Source: an uncultured Gammaproteobacteria bacterium (lineage in GTDB: Bacteria > Pseudomonadota > Gammaproteobacteria > CAWCPV01). Taken from it: a DNA stretch of 64,000 bases. Below are positions 20,174-29,778 of this stretch, piece by piece. Each line of letters begins with the position of its first letter. The first letter of the stretch is position 1. The notes beneath the pieces were generated by a model. It was not told the DNA's origin. It worked only from the letters and a program-made list of their open reading frames with translations, and searched no databases. The DNA lies in NCBI GenBank assembly GCA_963797555.1, contig CAWCPV010000003.1, positions 864,001 through 928,000 of the forward strand, given 5' to 3'. A program made the position numbers and the translations under genes.

Positions 20174-21226
20174 ATGCATGAGTTGCCACAGATGACATCC
20201 ACCGTCCAGAGGAATTGTCACATCTCTGACGCTAGGTTTGCAGGGGACTATACCCTTTGCATCTACCTACTCAAGATGAGGGAGTACTACCGGTGGGAGA
20301 AGAGGTATCCCCTAGGTGCCGCCCTCCCCAAGGAGGGAGTGGGGAGCTGGCTCGCCGAACGGGAGGGGCTCTGGGAGCGCATCCGGGGTGAACCCCTGGA
20401 GCGCCTGTCGTGGAACGGCAAACGCCACGATCCCTTCGAAGCGGGGGCCATCAACCGGACACTGGTGCCCCAAGGGCTGGTCTACAGCGCCGGTTATGGC
20501 CGGTATGCCAAGCCTCATTTCTTCTTGGGGCGGCTGCAACGCGCCGAGCAGCGCCAGGGCTTCACTATTCTGATTTCCGACGAAGAGTATGCCAGGGATC
20601 TCGTTGCGCCACCGGCCATGACCCAAGGCGAGACCATTTTCGTGAGGCGCGACTCGGTGCGCCGCATGCTCTGGGAGAAGATTGAGGAGTGGCGCTGGCA
20701 GAAGCAGAACAGGGCCATGGAGAGAGCCATGGCCTATTACCAGCCGACTTCGGGTGACAGGCTAGAGCAGTCCCTGGACCGACTCACGGACAAGGAGCTG
20801 GAGCCCGTTATCCTCCATGAGTTGGGAGAGGCCATGCTGGAAGACGTGCTCGGCCGTACCTGGTCCGAGATGCTAGTGACTGTCGCACGCTCCAGAGCAG
20901 AGATCCTGGCACGCGCCATCCGCGATCTGCTGGCGGATTGTGTCTCCACCCTGCCGGGGCTGTTGGCGGCCGAACAGCCGGGAGCGATGCACTTCTACTT
21001 CGCCAACCTCCGCGGGATGCGCAGACAGCTGTTTCCTGATCTTGTGGCCGCATACGAGGTCTGGGCGGATCGCGCCGACCCGGGCGCCTTGAAGCGTACC
21101 GCGGAGGAAGGCAAAGAACGCTGGCTGGAGCAGGCGCGCACGATCCTCGATCTGTACCGCCAGCACGGGCCAGACTGCGCGGGGCCGATAGAGGCTCTGC
21201 AGCCGGCCTCCACCTCAGCGCAGTGA
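20174..21226 (+). CDS. Conserved hypothetical protein (Sfum_1244-like)
   Basis: VQRNCHISDA...YTLCIYLLKMREYYRWE and ILHELGE. The family name is from recall. Confidence 0.7.
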   Translation: MHELPQMTSTVQRNCHISDARFAGDYTLCIYLLKMREYYRWEKRYPLGAALPKEGVGSWLAEREGLWERIRGEPLERLSWNGKRHDPFEAGAINRTLVPQGLVYSAGYGRYAKPHFFLGRLQRAEQRQGFTILISDEEYARDLVAPPAMTQGETIFVRRDSVRRMLWEKIEEWRWQKQNRAMERAMAYYQPTSGDRLEQSLDRLTDKELEPVILHELGEAMLEDVLGRTWSEMLVTVARSRAEILARAIRDLLADCVSTLPGLLAAEQPGAMHFYFANLRGMRRQLFPDLVAAYEVWADRADPGALKRTAEEGKERWLEQARTILDLYRQHGPDCAGPIEALQPASTSAQ

Positions 21227-21367
21227 GGGCTCCCGCCTTGGACGTTGGCCAAGGCCTGATGCAGATCAACAGCCCCAACATCGCGCGCAGCCTTTCGCTC
21301 CGCTAAACCGACGAGGGCGTGAGAGCGCAAGGCGTCTCTGGAGTGCTTACAGGCCGCCACGTCCGCG

Positions 21368-21847
21368 ATGCCAGAATCGCCGCATCCCGACCTACATCCC
21401 TCTGCCCGTGGGACGCTTTGCATCGTGGAGCCCCGGGGCGAAGAGGAGTTCTTGGCCTACTATGACCTGCGCTGGCGAATCCTGAGGAAGCCGTGGGGTC
21501 AACCGCAGGGAAGTGAGCGTGACGGGCTGGAGGAATACAGCATCCATCTCATGGTATGCACCGAGCATGGACAGCCGCTGGGGGTCGGGCGACTGCACTT
21601 CAACACCCCGGCCACAGCGCGGATCCGCTATATGGCCGTCGAAGGAGGTCACCGGGGCCACGGCATCGGCAGCTGGCTACTACGTGAGCTGGAGAACCGC
21701 GGGAAAGCGCAGGGTGCCCGGACAGTCGTGCTAGACGCCCGCGAATTCGCTGCCGGGTTCTATCGCAGGCACGGTTATCGGAACGTCGCCCGCGGACCGA
21801 CGTTGTTCGGTGTCATCCGTCACGTACGCATGGGTAAACACTTGTGA
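21368..21847 (+). CDS. GNAT acetyltransferase (YiiD N-domain-like)
   Basis: LRWRILRKPW, IRYMAV..HRGHGIG and AAGFYRRHGY motifs. Confidence 0.85.
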   Translation: MPESPHPDLHPSARGTLCIVEPRGEEEFLAYYDLRWRILRKPWGQPQGSERDGLEEYSIHLMVCTEHGQPLGVGRLHFNTPATARIRYMAVEGGHRGHGIGSWLLRELENRGKAQGARTVVLDAREFAAGFYRRHGYRNVARGPTLFGVIRHVRMGKHL

Positions 21848-21895
21848 GCGACGCACACTCATCGTCGGTTTGTGGCTCTTGCCGCAGCGGGACCA

Positions 21896-22294
21896 TCAAG
21901 GCTCTGCGAGCCCGGAGGGGCCGTCACCCATGATGATCTCGGTGTTGAACATCTCGCCATGGGTGTCGATGTCCACCGCGCGGACCCCAGGCAACCGGCT
22001 AAGGATGTATCCAGCCATGAGCGCCGCCATCTTTTGGTCCCCGGTATGCATGGCCGTCAGTATCCTGTCCGCCGCAATCTGACAACGCTGGATCGGGCTC
22101 GGATGTTCTACATAGTCTCTACTCATCTGCCAACCTCTGTCCATGTCCCGGTCCATCATGGAGAAGAAATCCTCTGCCTCCTCCAACACCTCCCGTGGGA
22201 CTTGGATTGGATACGGCTCGCTATCGACGTAGACGTTCAGCATCATGCGCTGCTCCTGGAACAAGGGATCGAGCCGGGTTAGCGGATACACCAT
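21896..22294 (-). CDS. Hypothetical protein
   Basis: DFFSMMDRDMDRGWQMSR...RCQIAADRILTA. The start may be about 15 codons downstream. Confidence 0.7.
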   Translation of the reverse strand: MVYPLTRLDPLFQEQRMMLNVYVDSEPYPIQVPREVLEEAEDFFSMMDRDMDRGWQMSRDYVEHPSPIQRCQIAADRILTAMHTGDQKMAALMAGYILSRLPGVRAVDIDTHGEMFNTEIIMGDGPSGLAEP

Positions 22295-22390
22295 CGAATC
22301 ACGTCGCCGCTGGGACGCCGGCTACCGACTTGTGCTACCGCCCGCCGACTGACGACCCAGCAACCCCAAGCCGCATTGTGCCCCGGAACA

Positions 22391-22666
22391 TCAACCGAGC
22401 CGGTAGTGCTTGCGCACGGGGCTGGTAATCTTCCAGGTACAAACCAGCCCGGGCAGGAAGGTTACGAGGTCACCCTGCGCGATACGAACCGCCTTCCCCC
22501 CTTCGGGCGTCACAACCGCTTCGCCCTCCAAGAGATAGCACGTCTCTGTCTGCTCGTAGTGCCAGGGAAACTCGGACTGCTCCTTGGCCCATATCGGCCA
22601 GCCATCTACCCTGAGCACCTCCAGCTTCATGGGTGAGGGTTCGTGCTCAACCAGTATCCTATCCAT
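22391..22666 (-). CDS. Cupin (DUF861/EutQ-like)
   Basis: WPIW..EFPWHY..ETCYLLEG...GDLVTF.PG..CTW..VRKHY; GAGGT RBS. Confidence 0.85.
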   Translation of the reverse strand: MDRILVEHEPSPMKLEVLRVDGWPIWAKEQSEFPWHYEQTETCYLLEGEAVVTPEGGKAVRIAQGDLVTFLPGLVCTWKITSPVRKHYRLG

Positions 22667-23030
22667 AAGCTCACCTCGGTTTAACTCTTAATAGTACTGC
22701 GCGTAGGCGGAACGCCGCCGGCCTGGCCCGTTGCCCGCACTCGTTGCCTGAAGCCGCTCCAACAGACCGTTCAGCAAGCTTGCGCGAGATCGCCTGGGTA
22801 GCCCTCCTTCCCGTCCATCAAGCTTCATCTCGAGCGCCATCTTGACCGTATCAGCCGTTTAACGCGCCGTCAACGTCTCGACCCCATCGCGACGCTCAGG
22901 GCGCACCCCGGCAAACATATGGCCAGATACCGGATAGACAGCAAGGACACACTGGGAAACGCCTTCGCAAGCCGGTAACAGACATGGTGCCTGGCGTGAG
23001 TGCGAATGAGCCACGAGACGTCGGGTGGCC

Positions 23031-23061
23031 GGGTCGTAGTCGAAACTTTCGTCTACGACCC
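23031..23061. repeat. 31-bp near-perfect palindrome
   Basis: GGGTCGTAG-T-CGAAA-C-TTTCG-T-CTACGACCC in the ORF-free gap downstream of dsrS. Confidence 0.7.
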
Positions 23062-23199
23062 ATACGTGGGGACAACGCGGTAGCTCGGAGCGAATCTGGT
23101 AGGCGAGGCAGCTAGCCGCTCATCCGGAACCCGATCGCGCGTCCCGACGAGAGGATCACCGTGAGATGGACGGCCCGGCGTTGAGCCAGTTTGGAACTT

Positions 23200-24333
23200 C
23201 TACGCAGCCATACCCCGCAGCACGGCATACTGCTCGAGGAGCGGCGCGGTAACGGGCTCGATTTTCCTGCGCATCAGAGCGCCGACTGCCGTGGTGCGGG
23301 CGAAAATCGACCGTACCAGTGGCTCACCCACCTGCGACAGGACTAACATGGCTCGGATCTCCTCACGTAGCTCCGGCACCGCTTCCAGCAAGTCGCGGAG
23401 CGCATCGGGGCAGCCGTCCGCCAATCCACTGGAGGACACGCGCTCAGCGAACTGCACGATAGCACCGATATCACTCTCGTCGGCTGCTGGCAGCCGCACT
23501 GCCGCCAAGTAGTCCCTAAGGGTCTCCAGGACCGCCACGACGACCTCTTGGTCAACCGGCCTGCGCAGCACAGTCTCGCTGACCGCCAGATAGGTCTGCC
23601 CGGGTCCCGAAAGCAGGCGCGATAGCTGAAGGGCGAATGGGTTTGCCGCTGCGATTAGGGGCTCCATCCGTTGGCGTTGGCGCTCCCAGTCCGGCCGCGC
23701 GGAATGCCGCTCCGGCAGATTGTCCGGTGACACTTGCAGAAACCCGATGGAGCAAGCGTTGGTTCGGCTGCTCGTGCTCCATATCCGCTGGCGTAGGTCT
23801 TCGTTAATCAAACCCTCTTGCAGCACGAGGCGTGTCGTCTCGATGAGCATCCCGGGATCTTCCTCGAAGGGCAGGTACTCCACCAGATACTCGGCCAACA
23901 CTCTCCCCATTTCCCCCTTCACCACGGCTGCCCGTTGTAGCATGTGTCGGGCGATCTCCGGCGTAGGCATCGCCCACCATGCTCTGCGGGCGAGATCATC
24001 TGTCAGTCCCGGAGCGCATGAGACCGCAACCACCGCCTCAGGCTCACCCAACATGAGCAGCTGATCGAGGCGCGTGCTATTCATCTGGCCCATGCGCGTC
24101 CAGCGCCGGAGGTACACAGGATATCCTCGGGGCGACCCCAGCACATGGGTCGAGAACATTTCGCGTACCAAGCGTAGGTAGGAATCCGCCCGACATGTCG
24201 GATTGAGGGAGACTTTCGCTTCCCCGACTTCGAGCAGACCATGAACGCACAGGGCATGCTCGTCGATGCGGACGGCCTGCGCATTGACCAGCAGGACGTT
24301 CAGACGCAGCATATCTTCACTCGACAGGCCCAT
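23200..24333 (-). CDS. dsrS: Sulfur oxidation accessory protein DsrS
   Basis: LSSEDMLRLNVLL...LNPTCR...HVLGSPRGYPVYLRRWTRMGQ...LLMLGEPEAVVAV; 377 aa; dsr context. Confidence 0.85.
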   Translation of the reverse strand: MGLSSEDMLRLNVLLVNAQAVRIDEHALCVHGLLEVGEAKVSLNPTCRADSYLRLVREMFSTHVLGSPRGYPVYLRRWTRMGQMNSTRLDQLLMLGEPEAVVAVSCAPGLTDDLARRAWWAMPTPEIARHMLQRAAVVKGEMGRVLAEYLVEYLPFEEDPGMLIETTRLVLQEGLINEDLRQRIWSTSSRTNACSIGFLQVSPDNLPERHSARPDWERQRQRMEPLIAAANPFALQLSRLLSGPGQTYLAVSETVLRRPVDQEVVVAVLETLRDYLAAVRLPAADESDIGAIVQFAERVSSSGLADGCPDALRDLLEAVPELREEIRAMLVLSQVGEPLVRSIFARTTAVGALMRRKIEPVTAPLLEQYAVLRGMAA

Positions 24334-24593
24334 GTGCTGTAATCCTGAAAATGCGCCGCACGTGCCCCACAGCTCCCCCGCCTCGTTTGTGGGATCGCCA
24401 GAGGTAGAGGGAACCGGTCACAGCGCCGCGACCGTTTTCATGTTGCTGGGGTGGGGAATTTCGCCACAACCGTTCAGGCAGCACGGTGTTCGTTGTCCCC
24501 CGCACACGAGGACAGCCTCCCCGATGGGCGAAAGCGCATGCCTGCGAGGCAGGACTTCCCGACGCTATTTGGAAGCATGATAGGCTCATTTCG

Positions 24594-26110
24594 GGCTCTT
24601 TCGGTAATTGTGTGGATCGTGGTGGTCGAGTAGCATCCGTTCTGAGCAATCGTCTATCACAACATCTTGTGGTTGGGCCTGTGGGGTTGTGGGCGAGAGG
24701 CCCGCGAGTGTGGGCAACCGGGAGGTTGTCCACACGGTCCTTGGGACGCGGGCCGCTCCGCAGGACTCGTCCACAAATCCACAGGCCATCAAGGGGGGAG
24801 CGCCATGGAGCCAACGCATCTATTCACGACGGCACTGGGCCTCACGGCGCCTTGGGAAGTCACCGGCGTACGCTTTGACCCCGAGGCTGGGCGCATCGAC
24901 CTCGAGGTGGCCTTTGCCAAGGGGAGCCGCTTCGCCTGCCCGGCGTGCGGAGTGCCAGGCCAGCCGGTGCATGATACCCGCAAGCGCAGCTGGCAGCACC
25001 TGAGCTTCTTTAAGTCACGGGCAGACCTGCACGCGCATCTGCCGCGAGTGCGCTGTGAGAGCTGCGGCAAGACGACTCAGGTCGAGCCGCCGTGGGCGCG
25101 CGCACACAGTGGCTTCACCGCGCTGATGGAGGCACTGGTGGTGACGCTGTGCCAGGCGATGCCGGTGGCGACCGTCGCCCGGCACCTGGGCGTGGGCGAT
25201 GAGCGCCTGTGGGGGGTGCTCGAGCACTACGTGGAGGCGGCCCGCGCCCAGGAGGACCACTCCCCGGTGCGCGCCGTGGGCCTGGACGAGACCGCCGCCC
25301 GGCGTGGGCAGCACTACATCAGCCTGTTCCATGACCTCACGGGCAAACGCCTGCTGTTCGCCTGCGAGGGCCGCGACCAGAGCACCGTGGCGGCCTTTGC
25401 CGCCGACCTCCAGGCGCACGGGGGCGACCCGCAGGCCATCGAGCAGGTGTGCATCGACCTGTCCGCCGCTTATCTCGCCGGGGTGACCAAGCATCTGCCT
25501 AAAGCCACGGTGAGCTTCGATGCCTTCCATGTCATCCAGCTCGCCAACCAGGCCGTCGATACAGTGCGCCGCGAGGAGGTCAAGACCGAGCCCGCCCTCA
25601 GGGGCACCCGCTGGACCTGGCTCAAAGACGCCCACGACTGGACCTGGGAGCAGCTCACCGACTTCCACTGGCTCTCTCCCGCGCCCGGCTCAAGACCGCC
25701 CGTGCCTGGCGCCTCAAGGAGGCGCTGCGCGATATCTACGCCACGGCCAGCACCCTCGAGCAGGCCGAGAGCGCCCTCGGGCGCTGGTATAGCTGGGCAC
25801 GGCGTAGCCGCCTGCAGCCCATGAAACGCCTCGCCACTACCCTGAAAGAGCACTGGGACGGCGTGCTCGCCGCATTCCACTCCGGCCTCACCAACGGCCG
25901 CGCCGAGGGCATCAACTCCCTCATCCAGGCTGCCAAAGCCCGCGCCCGAGGCTACCGCACCACGCGCTCGCTCATCACCATCGCCTACCTCATCGCGGGC
26001 AACCTGGCCCACTTGCCGGCCTTGCCGTTCAACACACGATCTTGTGTCAGACCTCAGGCAGAGGCTGCCGCAGCGTAAGCATATCTACCCACACGATTCC
26101 GGTAAGAACC
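24594..26110 (+). mobile_element. ISL3-family insertion sequence, copy 2 (1517 bp)
   Basis: Same ends as copy 1. 8-bp target duplication TCATTTCG at 24586-24593 and 26111-26118. Confidence 0.95.
24805..26078 (+). pseudogene. ISL3 transposase, frameshifted
   Basis: An extra CT near 25672-25677 relative to copy 1 splits the ORF. Confidence 0.85.
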
Positions 26111-26321
26111 TCATTTCGCCTGTTGACACAACCCGAGTCGCGAACATCTACCGCTGACGAGGTATCCCAGTGGGACATAGACCTCCTCCGGCATGAATTA
26201 CCCGTATTGTCTTTGTGACAACCACAGCCCCAGACGAGGCGGCTTGTTGGCTTGGCTCAGCTGTAATATCATTAGCAGCCGACGGCTCGATTCCCCGTGT
26301 TCTCAGTGAGGAGCTAGGCGT

Positions 26322-26519
26322 ATGAACAAGCATTATTACGAGATTGTCGACCGCTTGGAAAAGATGGGCACCAACCGGGAATATATCGTTGGCTGGATGA
26401 CTGGCTATCTGGGAAACCCCGCCAGGGAAGAACAACGCACCAACGACGCTTACACTGCAGGTTACGAGGACGGCAAGAACGACACGACCGATCGGGCCGG
26501 GGCATGGAAGAAGGCGTAA
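26322..26519 (+). CDS. Alvin_2107-like small protein (sulfur globule oxidation associated)
   Basis: YYEIVDRLEK...EYIVGWMTGYLGNPAREEQR..DAYTAGYEDGK; GAGGAG RBS. Family recognised from recall. Confidence 0.7.
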   Translation: MNKHYYEIVDRLEKMGTNREYIVGWMTGYLGNPAREEQRTNDAYTAGYEDGKNDTTDRAGAWKKA

Positions 26520-26634
26520 GCGCTCCCGCTCAGCCTCCGGGGCAACCCATCGAGGTGCGAAAACCAGAGCAGGAGAACCCTTCCTCTTGCTATCGTCTCC
26601 CTTCACTCCGAGTCGATTCGATCACAGTATGGGG

Positions 26635-27246
26635 TTACTGGTCTGGGTCGATGTTCATCGGCACATGACGGGGCGTGGTCCCGTATAGCGCGCCCACGGC
26701 CTGCCTGAGATTCTCTATGGCCTCAGGGCCGTCAATCTCGATAACCTGCTCCGCGATCCAACGATTCACCTGCTCCGACCCCATTAGTGCCTGGATCTTC
26801 TCCGCCAGATAGCGGAGCGCGCTGTAACTCGCCATCTCGGCATCAAATGGCATCTCGGCATAATCCTGCGAGCGTTCGTTGAGCAAAGCGATAAACGCCG
26901 TCCCGTAATTCGCCGGCCCTATCAGGTCGGTCTGGTTATCGTGGAGGTGTCTCGTAACGGCCCGCGCCACGGACGTTACGAAGCGCCCTCGGTCTTCGTC
27001 AACCATCTGGGGGGCGGTCAGGCGGTCCGATAGATGGACCAGGAATGCCAGATACTCGCTAACGACCCCAAGGCGCTGTCCGTCGGACTCGTAAACGTAG
27101 TCCTGCTCGTGCAAATTCTTCGCGCAGGTGACGGCGATACGCCAGATATTAGACGCCAGCACCACGGCGTTATCGTCCAAAGACCTGGTTCTGTCCTTGT
27201 CCCGCCACTTGGTTTTGAGCCGCATCCGCATAGCTGCTGTCTCCAT
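26635..27246 (-). CDS. Hypothetical protein
   Basis: 203-aa ORF with RLKTKW, EYLAFLVHLSDR and NRWIAEQVIEIDGPEA; GGAG RBS. Confidence 0.75.
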   Translation of the reverse strand: METAAMRMRLKTKWRDKDRTRSLDDNAVVLASNIWRIAVTCAKNLHEQDYVYESDGQRLGVVSEYLAFLVHLSDRLTAPQMVDEDRGRFVTSVARAVTRHLHDNQTDLIGPANYGTAFIALLNERSQDYAEMPFDAEMASYSALRYLAEKIQALMGSEQVNRWIAEQVIEIDGPEAIENLRQAVGALYGTTPRHVPMNIDPDQ

Positions 27247-27490
27247 TGAACTCCGACCCGGCTGAGGTCAGCGCCCATGGGCGCCCCGCGTATTGGGACC
27301 GGTCCGCCCGAATGCGTTGACCACGCACCTCTTGAATTCGCCACGATACAACTATTAAAAGGATCCGTCTGTGTCCCGTGCAACGTCTGCCCTTCGCTGT
27401 ATACCGCAAGCGCACTTTCGCCCATAATGTCCGTCGGGTCCCCGCGCACGACACCACCCGCGTCCCGAATTAGGGTGATCCAACCTGGTC

Positions 27491-28162
27491 ATGTTGCTAC
27501 GCATCCCTTCCGTCCTCTCTGCGCGCCAGATCGAGGCTGTTCGCAGCTTGCTGCACCGGGCCCATTTCGTGGACGGCAGACTGTCGGCGGGATCCGCCGC
27601 TGGCCGGGTCAAGCAGAACCAGGAACTGGACCAGAGCGCCCCCGAGCTGGACACCCTGAACAGCGTCGTCATGGGCAGCCTGGTGCGCCATTCGATCTAT
27701 CTCAGCGGAGCGCTACCGCAGCGTGTCGCCGTGCCCTATTACGCGCGTTATACGGCCGGCATGGCCTATGGGGACCATGTCGACGACCCGGTCATGGGCC
27801 CCGGGCCGCGCTACCGTTCGGATATCGCCATCACGGTGTTTCTGAGCGACCGGGAGGATTACGACGGCGGAGAACTCGTCGTCCGCACGCCCTTCGGGGA
27901 GCAAGAGATCAAGCTCCCCGCCGGCGACGCAGTGATGTACCCGGCATCTAGCCGGCATCGCGTCGCCGAGGTGACGCGCGGGGAGCGTTTGGTCGCACTG
28001 ACCTGGGTGCAAAGCCTGGTTCGGGATCCGGTAAGGCGGGAGCTCCTGTACGAGTTGGGACTGGCCAGAGACCGCCTCATGGAGGTATCGCCGGACGCCG
28101 AGGAGACGGCCCGAGTAAGCCACGCATACGCCAACCTCATCCGCATGTGGGCAGAGGTGTAA
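27491..28162 (+). CDS. PKHD-type Fe(II)/2OG hydroxylase (YbiX/PiuC family)
   Basis: FVDGRLSAG, YGDHVDD, RSDIAITVFLS, YDGGEL and HRVAEVTRGERL motifs. Confidence 0.9.
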   Translation: MLLRIPSVLSARQIEAVRSLLHRAHFVDGRLSAGSAAGRVKQNQELDQSAPELDTLNSVVMGSLVRHSIYLSGALPQRVAVPYYARYTAGMAYGDHVDDPVMGPGPRYRSDIAITVFLSDREDYDGGELVVRTPFGEQEIKLPAGDAVMYPASSRHRVAEVTRGERLVALTWVQSLVRDPVRRELLYELGLARDRLMEVSPDAEETARVSHAYANLIRMWAEV

Positions 28163-28373
28163 AGGCTGCAGGCGCGGCTGGCGTCCGCGATGAGCCGACA
28201 CGTCAGCTAAGGGGCGCGTCCGGAAATGACTGTATCAACTGTCCGTTGGCAGGATGGTGTAATTCCACTCCCCGTGAAGGGAGTCCCGCTGGATGTTGAG
28301 GTTGGCCATCTCCCCATCCGACCCTAAGAGCTTCCCGGGCCGGCCATGAAAAGTTCAGCGTACGCGAAAGGCG

Positions 28374-28577
28374 TCAGCGTTTCGAACCGACCTGCTGGTG
28401 GGCAAGATCGACCACTCTCATGGCAAGATCCTGGTATTCCTTGCGGAAGTTCTCCAGCGGGTGTCCGGAATCCGGGGTGTAGTAATCCTTCGGATCCACC
28501 CCGTGGGCATGCTCGTATGCCATGAACTGCTTTTGCAGCTCCAGCATTCGACGAATCAGCTCCTGCTTCTCACTCAT
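28374..28577 (-). CDS. Hypothetical protein (67 aa), last gene of the cas6-like operon
   Basis: GGAGG RBS; MSEKQELIRRMLELQKQFMAYEH...DYY...HPL...VVDLAH. Confidence 0.75.
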   Translation of the reverse strand: MSEKQELIRRMLELQKQFMAYEHAHGVDPKDYYTPDSGHPLENFRKEYQDLAMRVVDLAHQQVGSKR

Positions 28578-28657
28578 TGCACTGGCCTCCAAGACTGCCA
28601 TTATTTAAACAGTCTAACATACGGCGCTTGACTGTCTGCGCTTACTGCGCTTCGCCA

Positions 28658-28999
28658 TCAGTAACCGCCTTTGCGTCGGCTCTCCGGCAGACCGGCGATG
28701 CGCCCGGCCTGTTTGCTGGGGTCCAAGGGGAAAAGCTGGTAGAGCGAATTCGCGCTGACCTTCTGGTCACCCCATCTTTCCTGCATGCCCTTCACCATGC
28801 TTCGGGTGTTCGGCTGGCTCCCGGCATTGTTGAAATACTCGTCCCTCAAGTAATTGAGGACATCCCAATGGCGTTGGGTCAGCTCAATGCCCTCGCTGGC
28901 AGCGATCGCCTCAGCGACCCGCTCGTTCCAATCCTCTTGGTTGACCAAGAAACCGGGCGCAGTCATTTCAATGGTTCGCCCGTCGACTTCTAGTGCCAT
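28658..28999 (-). CDS. Cys-free DsrC/TusE-family paralog
   Basis: LEVDGRTIE...GFLVNQEDW...LTQRHWDVLNYLR...LYQLFPLDPSKQAGRIAGLPESRRKGGY. No cysteine. AAGGAG RBS. Confidence 0.88.
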   Translation of the reverse strand: MALEVDGRTIEMTAPGFLVNQEDWNERVAEAIAASEGIELTQRHWDVLNYLRDEYFNNAGSQPNTRSMVKGMQERWGDQKVSANSLYQLFPLDPSKQAGRIAGLPESRRKGGY

Positions 29000-29086
29000 A
29001 TATGTCGCTCCTTTAGCTCCTCTTCGAGGTCCACACATGCACCGACTCTTTGACCAGAGCCCACAACGTGACCAAAAACGTCCACT

Positions 29087-29777
29087 TCAGTCTCCGCTGA
29101 CCTGCTGGGCTGGTCCGACACCCTTGTGGGGAAGAAACAGGCCGCACCCAAGTTTGACGTCCAGGACCGAGGCCTCGCTGCTGCAGCCTGACGGATGCGT
29201 GGACTTCCAAATCGGCGACCATCAGACTACGGGTCAGGATGTCACTCCCGGGCGTCCTAATGACATGCGCTCGTCCACACACCAGCTTTCGAACGGGGAA
29301 GCCCTCCCCCTCTAGGAGGCCAGCCGCATGGGCGAGGAACTGCTGTTCGTCGGACTCCGGCGGCGCCGCCACATACCGTGCGAATAAGGTGGGTAGCGTG
29401 CTCAGGGGCCGCACCGAGGATTTCCCCACCTCCAGGGGGCAATCACCGACATCGAGCGTTGCGCCCACGAGCCTACGCGCCTGGCCCAGCCGTTCCTTGG
29501 GTAGGCGCAGTACCATCTTGGTGCGGCGAGAAAGGTGGAGCCGCTGGCCCGACGATTCGTCCGGCCGGTACCAGCCGTTACCAGATTCGGCCACATGGAT
29601 CTGGTGGATTCCCGCGTTGGGCTCGGTCCGCAACCAGGGGAGCACCGCCCATACCGCCTCGGCGAGCGCGTACGCGTGGTCCACCGGAAGAAGCCGGCCC
29701 GTGATCGCAAACGATAGGTCGACCACGTCGACTGGGACGACGTAGGGTTCCTGCGCCTCGTCTTGTTCCCAATAAAT
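29087..29777 (-). pseudogene. cas6: Stand-alone Cas6 (Cmx6/type I-MYXAN-like) RAMP protein with ATT start and +1 frameshift as sequenced
   Basis: VVDLSFAITGRLLPVDHAYAL, GIHQIH, LSRRTKMVLRLP and SVRLQQRGLGPGR. Removing the base at 29156 gives KLGCGLFLPHK, completing the GhGxxxxxGhG G-loop, with a stop at 29087-29089. Confidence 0.8.
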
Positions 29778-29778
29778 G

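Noticed and set aside
29013-29156. C-terminus QTWVRPVSS...KRS of the listed 237-aa ORF
   Set aside because: It is a product of the frameshift. The alternative frame gives the conserved Cas6 G-loop ending.
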